Assembly (NCBI GenBank): GCA_963767925.1
Contig: CAVYGB010000002.1
Coordinates: 32,001 to 96,000, forward strand
Reading direction: 5' to 3'
Length of the DNA stretch: 64,000 nucleotides
From: an uncultured delta proteobacterium
GTDB lineage: Bacteria > Myxococcota_A > Polyangia > Fen-1088
Positions 57,500 through 64,000 of the stretch are shown piece by piece. A program made the translations under genes and the position numbers. Under the pieces are notes generated by a model. The model saw only the letters and a list, made by a program, of their open reading frames with translations. It searched no databases and was not told where the DNA came from. Each line of letters opens with the position of its first letter. Position 1 is the first letter of the stretch.

Positions 57500-58693
57500 T
57501 CAGAGGGCGTAGCGTCGGGCCAGCGAGTGGAACGCGCGCTTGGGCTCCCAGTGGTAGGCGCCGGTCGCCTCGTTTCGCGAGACCGCCTTGACGACGCTGT
57601 AGCTCGCCATGTCCAGGTCGCGGATCGCCTCGGGCGAATGGAGCAGCTCGGGGGTCGCGAACTGATAGACGAAGGCCCCGTCGACCTGCTCGGCCTGGAA
57701 GACGTCGAGCAGGTGGTCGAGGTAGTCGGCCTGGGTCTGCTCGCTGCGAACCCGGGGCCGATCGAGGAAGCCGGGGTGGTCCCGGTCGAGGATGTTCCAG
57801 CCCATCCCGCCGGCGTCGTCCGCGCCCTCGTAGGTGCAGCAGCCGAACTCGAGCACCACGACAGGCTTTCCCTGGTCCCGGAACCGCCGCAGCGGCTCGA
57901 CGTACTCCGATCGATTCGTCGCGTCCTCGTAGTGGTCCAGGCCGACGATGTCGAAGCCGCTCCAGTCGATCCCGTCCCACTCCCAGGGGCCGGCGCCGTA
58001 GGTGAGCGGCCCCCCGAACCTGTCCCGCGCCAGCGACCGCACCTGCCCGAGCACCTCCTCGAGCCGGAGCATCATCTGCTGCCAGTGCGCCTCCGACAGG
58101 CTCTCGAAGCTCACGATGCGGTCGAGGACCGTCGCGCCCGGGACGAAGCCCGTGTTGAGCAGGGTGATCTCGACGCCGACGTTCAGGACCACGTTCGAAT
58201 ATTGCCGCCGCAGCCGCTCGGCCTCGTCGGCCACGCGCGCGACGTGGGCCAGCAGCGCCTCCGGAGGCACATCGAAGCGCCTCGGCTGCAGCCAGACCTG
58301 CAGCCCCGTCTCGAGGGCATGGGCCGCGGTCTCGATGAGCCGGGTGATGTCCGTGCCGTGAATGCCGATGGCGTTGCAGTGGAGATCGTCGCGGATGGCG
58401 CGCACATCCCGCCGCATGGACGCCGCATCCCAGGCCGGGCTGGCGCCATCGAAGTCGGAGTCGGTCCCGACGTCATAGTTGATCCCCCGGTGCTTCAGCG
58501 AGAGCGGAGGTGGGCCGGGCGGCGGTCGGCGCTCGCCCTCGCAGGCGGCCAGCAAGAGGTTGGCGCCACCGGCGAGCAGCCCCGCGCTGCCGAGCGCCCC
58601 CCGGAGCACCCCGCGCCGGCTGATGCCCATCCCCTGCATCCGGTCGCCGATGGCGTGCCGTCTGCCCTCGATCGCTGTGAACGCGCTCTTCAT
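57500..58693 (-). CDS. Tat-exported lipoprotein, glycoside-hydrolase-like TIM barrel (family often labelled 'abortive infection protein')
   Basis: SRRGVL..LAAC; GINYDVG, DLHCNAI, VGVE, EFGCCTYEGA, WEPKRAF. Confidence 0.7.
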   Translation of the reverse strand: MKSAFTAIEGRRHAIGDRMQGMGISRRGVLRGALGSAGLLAGGANLLLAACEGERRPPPGPPPLSLKHRGINYDVGTDSDFDGASPAWDAASMRRDVRAIRDDLHCNAIGIHGTDITRLIETAAHALETGLQVWLQPRRFDVPPEALLAHVARVADEAERLRRQYSNVVLNVGVEITLLNTGFVPGATVLDRIVSFESLSEAHWQQMMLRLEEVLGQVRSLARDRFGGPLTYGAGPWEWDGIDWSGFDIVGLDHYEDATNRSEYVEPLRRFRDQGKPVVVLEFGCCTYEGADDAGGMGWNILDRDHPGFLDRPRVRSEQTQADYLDHLLDVFQAEQVDGAFVYQFATPELLHSPEAIRDLDMASYSVVKAVSRNEATGAYHWEPKRAFHSLARRYAL

Positions 58694-58911
58694 GGATTCC
58701 CTTCCTGGAGCGACGCGAGCCCACCGCGGGCAGCAGGCGGCATCCCTGCGTCCCCGGTGATGAAGCGTCCCTCGACGTCATCCCATCCCAGGAACGCGCC
58801 AACCCACGGTTCGTTGAGCCCCGCCACGCGCTCCCGCCGCAAACGCCCAGTCAGAGATCAGGGAGGTCCCGTGCGACACCGCACCACCACGCGCGGCCGC
58901 CGCAGGCGCGC

Positions 58912-60849
58912 TCACTGTGGCCGGGGCGGGCGGGGAAAATCGTAGCGCTCGAAAGATGTGGCGTTGCCGACGGGGAGCGCGGGCAGAGGGGCCGACAGGA
59001 TCTGGGCCTCGATCGCGTCTTGCAAGCAGGTGCCGAGCGGGGTGCCGGCCAGGGTGTTGCCGAAGCGAGCGGTCAGCCGGGCGGGCTCGCCCTGCCGCGG
59101 ACCGTCCCCCGTGCGGGTGAGATCGAACCTCACCTGCAGGCTGCCTGCGGCCGGGAAACGCGCGGCGCAGTCATCGAGGGTGGGGCCGCCCTCGAAGGTG
59201 TCGACCAGCTCGCGGAGAAACGCGCCCCCGTCCGCGCGGGGTCTGGAGGCCATCACCAGGAAGGCCTCGACCCTGCCACCGCTGCGCAGGGTGACCAGGT
59301 TGTCGTCGACCCGGACGATGTATTCGGTCGCCGTGTGGAACCAGCGATCTCGCTGCAGCTCCGACACCCAGCTGGGCGGGCCGCTCGGCCAGCGCGCGGC
59401 GCAGATGTTGGCCCGGCACTCCACCTCGACCGTCACGGTGTGGAGGCGGGGAAAATGCGCCACCACCCGGCGGCGCACCTCCGCCGACAGCTCCGGGTTC
59501 GCGAGCGACAGCTCCGGGTTCGCGGGACCCGCCGGGAAACGTTCGTGGGGAAGGACGCGCGCCTCGATGTCCTCGCGCCACGCGCGGATTTGCATCTGCA
59601 GCCGGTCGCGCTCGGCCACGCAGGCGCTGGCCGTGGCGGGCACCGGTGCCTCTGGCAGCGCTGGCTCGACCGTCGAGCCGCTCCGCTCGGGCGCGCCGGA
59701 AGGATGGTTCAGCATCAAGAAAACCTCCATCTCGGTCAGCGCCTCGCCCGTGCCGTAATCCTTGCTCGGGTTCCCCGGAGGTATCCCCAGTGAGAAGGTC
59801 CGCCTCGCCACCTCCCTGTTTTGCTGAAGGACCAGGTGCCCGTCGTTGCCCCAGGGATCCTCGGCCCGCACCGGCGCCACCACCAGGACGCGGCAGACCC
59901 AGGTGCGACACTCCAGCGAAGTCGCGAACCGCTGCGGCCGGTCCCGGTAGGCCCGCTCGATGATCGGCTCGAAGACCACCTGGGCGGCAGGGTTGGGCTC
60001 GCCCATCCTGAAGAGCTCGATGAATGACAGCCGCTTCCGGTGCTCCACCTCGACCGCCGCGCTCTCCACCCGCAACAGCCGCAACTCGGCCTGACAGGCC
60101 GCCAGATCCTCGGGGCTCGGTCGCGAGGCCGCGGCGGCGAGGCGGATCGGTCCCGGCCCGCCCGCGGTAGGTCGCGCCCCCGCCCGGGCCAGCCCGCTGG
60201 CCGGCGCTCCGAACGAGCAGGGTCCGACGAGCAGGCCCGCCGCCAGGGTGAGCCCCGCCAGCCCCGCCGCCAGCGAGAACCCGAGCCGCGGGCGCGGCGC
60301 CAGCGGGACGGACAGCGGCACCAGCGCCGCCGTCCAGATCGCCCGCCGGCCCCCGTGCCGATCGTCGAGCCGGCGCCTCAGCTCGTCGAGCGCGACCTTG
60401 AGCCGCCAGCGCACGGTGCCCGCCGGGACACCCAGCCGCCGGGCAATCGCGGCGCTCGACAGCTCCTCGAAGTAGCGCAGCACCAGCGTCTGCCGGTAAG
60501 GCTCCTCGAGCGCGGCCACCAGCTCGGCCAGCAGCCGCTGGCCCTCGACCCGCTCGGCCAGCCACTCCGGCGACGCCGCGGCCTCGTCGCTGGCGAAGCG
60601 GCGCTGCCGCACCTCCCGCCGGCGCGCCGCCGCCCGCCGGTTGATCCAGAGGTTGCGCAGGACCACCGCCAGCCAGGGCCGCAGCGGGCGGTCGCTGGCC
60701 GGCGGCCGCCGGCTGGCCGCGACCCAGGTCTCCTGCACGAGGTCGTCCGCCTCGGCGACGTCCGCCGTCAGCCGGCGCGCGAGCCGCCGGGCCCAGCCCT
60801 GGTGGGCGAGCAGCTCGTCGAGGGTGGCGGTCGGTGCGTGATTCGGCAT
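58912..60849 (-). CDS. ECF sigma factor with TM helix and long C-terminal extension
   Basis: ADDLVQETW, RPWLAVVLRN, LEEPYR..GVPAGTVRWRL; then hydrophobic helix and ~430 aa. Confidence 0.8.
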   Translation of the reverse strand: MPNHAPTATLDELLAHQGWARRLARRLTADVAEADDLVQETWVAASRRPPASDRPLRPWLAVVLRNLWINRRAAARRREVRQRRFASDEAAASPEWLAERVEGQRLLAELVAALEEPYRQTLVLRYFEELSSAAIARRLGVPAGTVRWRLKVALDELRRRLDDRHGGRRAIWTAALVPLSVPLAPRPRLGFSLAAGLAGLTLAAGLLVGPCSFGAPASGLARAGARPTAGGPGPIRLAAAASRPSPEDLAACQAELRLLRVESAAVEVEHRKRLSFIELFRMGEPNPAAQVVFEPIIERAYRDRPQRFATSLECRTWVCRVLVVAPVRAEDPWGNDGHLVLQQNREVARRTFSLGIPPGNPSKDYGTGEALTEMEVFLMLNHPSGAPERSGSTVEPALPEAPVPATASACVAERDRLQMQIRAWREDIEARVLPHERFPAGPANPELSLANPELSAEVRRRVVAHFPRLHTVTVEVECRANICAARWPSGPPSWVSELQRDRWFHTATEYIVRVDDNLVTLRSGGRVEAFLVMASRPRADGGAFLRELVDTFEGGPTLDDCAARFPAAGSLQVRFDLTRTGDGPRQGEPARLTARFGNTLAGTPLGTCLQDAIEAQILSAPLPALPVGNATSFERYDFPRPPRPQ

Positions 60850-61002
60850 GATCAGGGCACCGCGCGGGCGGCCGCAGTGTTGGAGAAAATGTAGCGGGCC
60901 ACCCGCCGCAGGGCACCACCGGAGGTCGCGATCGGGTCGGCCCGGGGGAGAGAGGCCCCTTCCGCCGCCGACTCGCAGTAGGATGGCGCCCGGAAAAACA
61001 CA

Positions 61003-61290
61003 ATGAGCGCCCTCAAGCACAACAGCTACTTCGAGTCCCGGGTCCAGAGCGTCGGGTTCGAGCGAAACGGCCGGCGGGCCACCGTCGGCGTGATCAGCCC
61101 GGGGGAATATCGGTTCACCACCGACGCCCCCGAGCGGATGACCGTGGTCAGCGGCGACCTGCTGGCCCGCCTGGCCCCCGACGGCGACTGGCGCCCTTAC
61201 CCCGCCGGCACCGCCTTCGAGGTGCGTGGCAAGAGCGCCTTCGAGGTCAAGGCGTCCGACCCTGCCGCCTACCTGTGCGAGTTCCTGTAG
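61003..61290 (+). CDS. ppnP: Pyrimidine/purine nucleoside phosphorylase
   Basis: HNSYFESRVQS..TVGVISPGEYRF.T.APERM..YLCEF. Confidence 0.92.
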   Translation: MSALKHNSYFESRVQSVGFERNGRRATVGVISPGEYRFTTDAPERMTVVSGDLLARLAPDGDWRPYPAGTAFEVRGKSAFEVKASDPAAYLCEFL

Positions 61291-61404
61291 CGCGAGCCTC
61301 GCGCGGGGCCACCCCCAGGAGCGGACGGGCATCTCCGAAAAATGCGGGTCTAGCGGCGGGATCGAGCACGAACCGGCCCGAGCGCCGCGCCGGGGCGTCC
61401 GCGC

Positions 61405-61644
61405 TCAACCAGTCGTGCTGGCGCGGAGGCGGGCCATCACCGCCCGCGCGGAGGTGGAGAGGCCGTCGGGGTCGAGGGCGGCCTCCAGGGCGCGGCTCTG
61501 GCGGGCCACCTCGTAGGCGGCCTGGCGGCCGGCCTCGTCGAGGTCCCACCAGGCGGGGTGGAAGTGGAGCCCGCCGCGGGGATCGCGGGGGCGCCAGGCG
61601 CTGGCGGCGGCCTCGATCAGGGCGCGCTGCTCGTGGGCGGTCAT
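61405..61644 (-). CDS. Small hypothetical protein
   Basis: Coupled to the sigma gene; FHPAWWDL..SRALEAALDPDGLS. Confidence 0.6.
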   Translation of the reverse strand: MTAHEQRALIEAAASAWRPRDPRGGLHFHPAWWDLDEAGRQAAYEVARQSRALEAALDPDGLSTSARAVMARLRASTTG

Positions 61645-62198
61645 CAGACGTGCTCCATGGCGAGGTCGACTCCTTGCTTCTCGAGGCACTCGGCGAGCTG
61701 GCGGCGGGCGCGGGTGAAGTTCTGGAGGAACGTGTTGAGGCGCATCGCCAGGCGTTCGGCCAGCACCTCGTCGGGCTCGCTGCCGCCGGCCGCGAGGCGG
61801 GCCTCCAGGGCCTCGGCCGGGCGGCCGCGCAGCTTCTCCCGGCAGGTCTGGATGGCCTCCCGGAGCAGCGGATCACCGGCCAGCACCGGCACGTCGCCGG
61901 GCGTGTCCTCGGGCGGCGGTCCGGCCGTCCGCACGCGCCGCCGCTCGCTGATCGCGCCGTTGCGGGCGATGCGCACCGCCAGCCGCACGAGGCCGTTGGG
62001 GCGCCCGTCGGGGACGAAGCGGGGGGCGACCTGCCAGACCCGCAGCAACGTCTCCTGCAGGACCGCCTCGGTGTCGACAACCGCCGCGAACGAGCGCAGG
62101 CCCAGGCGGACGGTCGCCTCGGCGGCGGCGACCCAGCGCTGGAAAGCGTCCGGGTCGCCGTCCTGGATCGCGGGCAGGTGGCGATCGAGGTCGTCCAT
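61644..62198 (-). CDS. ECF-like sigma factor (divergent)
   Basis: GDPDAF, EAVLQETLLRVW, NTFLQNFTRARRQLAECL. Confidence 0.7.
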   Translation of the reverse strand: MDDLDRHLPAIQDGDPDAFQRWVAAAEATVRLGLRSFAAVVDTEAVLQETLLRVWQVAPRFVPDGRPNGLVRLAVRIARNGAISERRRVRTAGPPPEDTPGDVPVLAGDPLLREAIQTCREKLRGRPAEALEARLAAGGSEPDEVLAERLAMRLNTFLQNFTRARRQLAECLEKQGVDLAMEHV

Positions 62199-62209
62199 GC
62201 CCGCGCCGC

Positions 62210-64000
62210 TCAGAGCCTCACGATGACGGTCCCCGCCGGGCCCGCGACGGCGATGGCCTCGGGCAGCGCCTCGCCCGCCGCCAGCTCGATGACCAGGCGG
62301 ATGGTCTCGCCCGGGCGCACCCGGCCAGGGCGGGTGCTCTGTCGCAGCCCCGCCTCCGCGCGCCGGCCATCGGGCCAGGACAGCTCGACCGTGTCTCCCG
62401 GTTGCCAGTCCAGCTCCGGGTCGCCGGCCGCGATCTCGAGCTCGACGACGAGCTGCTCGCCGCTGCGCAGGGTGATCCGCCCGGCCAGGAACCGCTGCCC
62501 GTCACCGACGTCGGCTTCGACGTCGGCTTCGACGTCGACCGCCTCCTCGTAGTCGTACGCCACCTCGTCTTCGCGCCCGCCCGCCCCGCCCTCGTCGGCC
62601 GGCCCGCCCTTCGCAAGCGGCGATGCCGGGCGCGGACCAGGAGTCCCCGAGGTCGCATCCGGCGCAAAGCCCCGCACGCGAAACGAGCGCACGTTCGAGG
62701 CAGCCGCCGGGCCGGCCATCTTCGCCGCCGGCACCATCATCGCCGCCGGCGAGGCCATCCCGAGCGCGTACGACTGGGCCGCCGCCGCCCGCAGGCCCAG
62801 CCCCTCCACCGACATCCCGTGGGGGAGCTGCTGCGGCATCCGCTCGCGCCGGGTGGGCGCGCCCGGATCCACGGTCGGCGCCTCCGACACTGCGATCCAG
62901 GAGGTCAGGCGGGTGGCCACCTGGAACGCCAGGCCCAGCCCCTCGATCTCCGGGTCGTGCTGGCCCTCGCCGGCGGCCACCCGGGTCTCGAGGTCCTCGA
63001 TGCGCTCGCGGGCGAAGCGGCGGATGGCCGCCCGCCTCCCCGCGCCGGGCGCGCAGGGCGCGACGGCCAGCACCTGGCACCAGGTCCCCCCGGCCGTCCG
63101 CCCCTGCACGATCACCTCGCCCCCCGCGGGCCGGAGCCGCAGCGACAGGGTAGCCGGCGCCCCCGCGAACAGGTCGGGCAGCGCCTCCGGCGCCTGCCCG
63201 AGCAGCGCCGAGCCCGACAGCGTCAGGTCCACGACCAGCGGCGCGGCGGTGCGGGCCACCAGCCGGCGGGCGGCCGGCTCGGCGTCTTCGCCAACCCCCA
63301 CCAGCACCTCCAGCCCCCGCCCGGCCCGGGCCGCCGCCGCGGTCAGCGAGCGGTTGACCGCCGAGCCGACACCCACCGTGTGCACGCGCGACGTGGCCGG
63401 CAGGCCCCGGACGATCGCCCCGACCACCTCGGTCTCGAAGCCGATCAGCCCGTCGGTCACCAGCACCACCTGGCGCTGGCTGTCGGGGCGCAGCGGGCGC
63501 AGCGCCTCGAGGATCCCGGCGTGCATCTCGGTGCCGCCGCTCGCCTGCAGCCCCGCAAGCCAGGCCAGCGCCTCGCGCCGGGCCGCCGACGTGGCCGCCA
63601 CCGGCTTGCGCTTCCAGCGCACCGCCGTCGAGGAGAAGGCGATCAGCTCCAGGCGATCCGCCTCCCCGAGCGACGCGACCAGCGCCGACACAACCCGCCG
63701 GGCCTGGGCGAGCGGCTCGCCGTCCATCGACCCGCTGGTGTCCAGCAGGACCACCAGATCCCGGGCCAGCGCGGGCTCCCGCTCCCGGGCGGCGCGGGCC
63801 GGCGGCGTGACGGTCAGCAGGGCGAAGGCGTCGTCCTCGGCCCCGGCGCGGGCCGCCTCCAGGGCCAGCCCCACCTCGGCGCGCGCCGCCGCCCAGCGCA
63901 CCACCAGGTCGCGATCCAGCGGCACCCCGTCGGGCGCGGCCAGGGCGACCTCGAACCCCTGGCCCGGGTCGCCGCCGATCGGCTGCGCCCGCAGGCTGTG
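62210..64000 (-). CDS. VIT/vWA domain protein (inter-alpha-trypsin inhibitor-like), partial
   Basis: MIDAS DTSGS, GGTEM, LVTDG, GVGSAVN; continues beyond the window end. Confidence 0.85.
   Translation of the reverse strand, partial: HSLRAQPIGGDPGQGFEVALAAPDGVPLDRDLVVRWAAARAEVGLALEAARAGAEDDAFALLTVTPPARAAREREPALARDLVVLLDTSGSMDGEPLAQARRVVSALVASLGEADRLELIAFSSTAVRWKRKPVAATSAARREALAWLAGLQASGGTEMHAGILEALRPLRPDSQRQVVLVTDGLIGFETEVVGAIVRGLPATSRVHTVGVGSAVNRSLTAAAARAGRGLEVLVGVGEDAEPAARRLVARTAAPLVVDLTLSGSALLGQAPEALPDLFAGAPATLSLRLRPAGGEVIVQGRTAGGTWCQVLAVAPCAPGAGRRAAIRRFARERIEDLETRVAAGEGQHDPEIEGLGLAFQVATRLTSWIAVSEAPTVDPGAPTRRERMPQQLPHGMSVEGLGLRAAAAQSYALGMASPAAMMVPAAKMAGPAAASNVRSFRVRGFAPDATSGTPGPRPASPLAKGGPADEGGAGGREDEVAYDYEEAVDVEADVEADVGDGQRFLAGRITLRSGEQLVVELEIAAGDPELDWQPGDTVELSWPDGRRAEAGLRQSTRPGRVRPGETIRLVIELAAGEALPEAIAVAGPAGTVIVRL

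Overview
Very GC-rich bacterial DNA. Gene content points to a myxobacterium (Myxococcota/Polyangia-like): Cys-rich repeat protein, TSP3+OmpA protein, CotH, DUF1501 pair, VIT-vWA and several ECF sigmas. This assignment is inference from gene content only. The window is mostly chromosomal housekeeping and accessory genes: ddl, prolyl oligopeptidase, peptide transporters, a sulfate ABC operon with an XRE-cupin regulator, PhoD, a radical SAM/UdgX operon preceded by a LexA-type box, and ppnP. No rRNA, tRNA, CRISPR array, integrase or transposase was seen. The best candidate for an undescribed system is at 48574-54180. It comprises an ECF sigma, a membrane-anchored anti-sigma ending in a polysaccharide-lyase-14-like domain, a CxxCH lipoprotein and a DUF1501 protein. 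The sigma gene and the lipoprotein gene share the same upstream motif, GTAACGAATC-N9/10-TGGATCC, which looks like the sigma's own promoter. Other notable items are a ~750-bp heptamer pyrimidine tract, four copies of a boxC/REP-like element, a 120-nt intergenic hairpin, a sigma54 promoter with upstream repeats, a chimeric uvrA junction and several gene remnants. Several frameshifts sit in homopolymer or GC-rich runs and may be sequencing errors. All product calls come from motif recognition by eye, not database searches.
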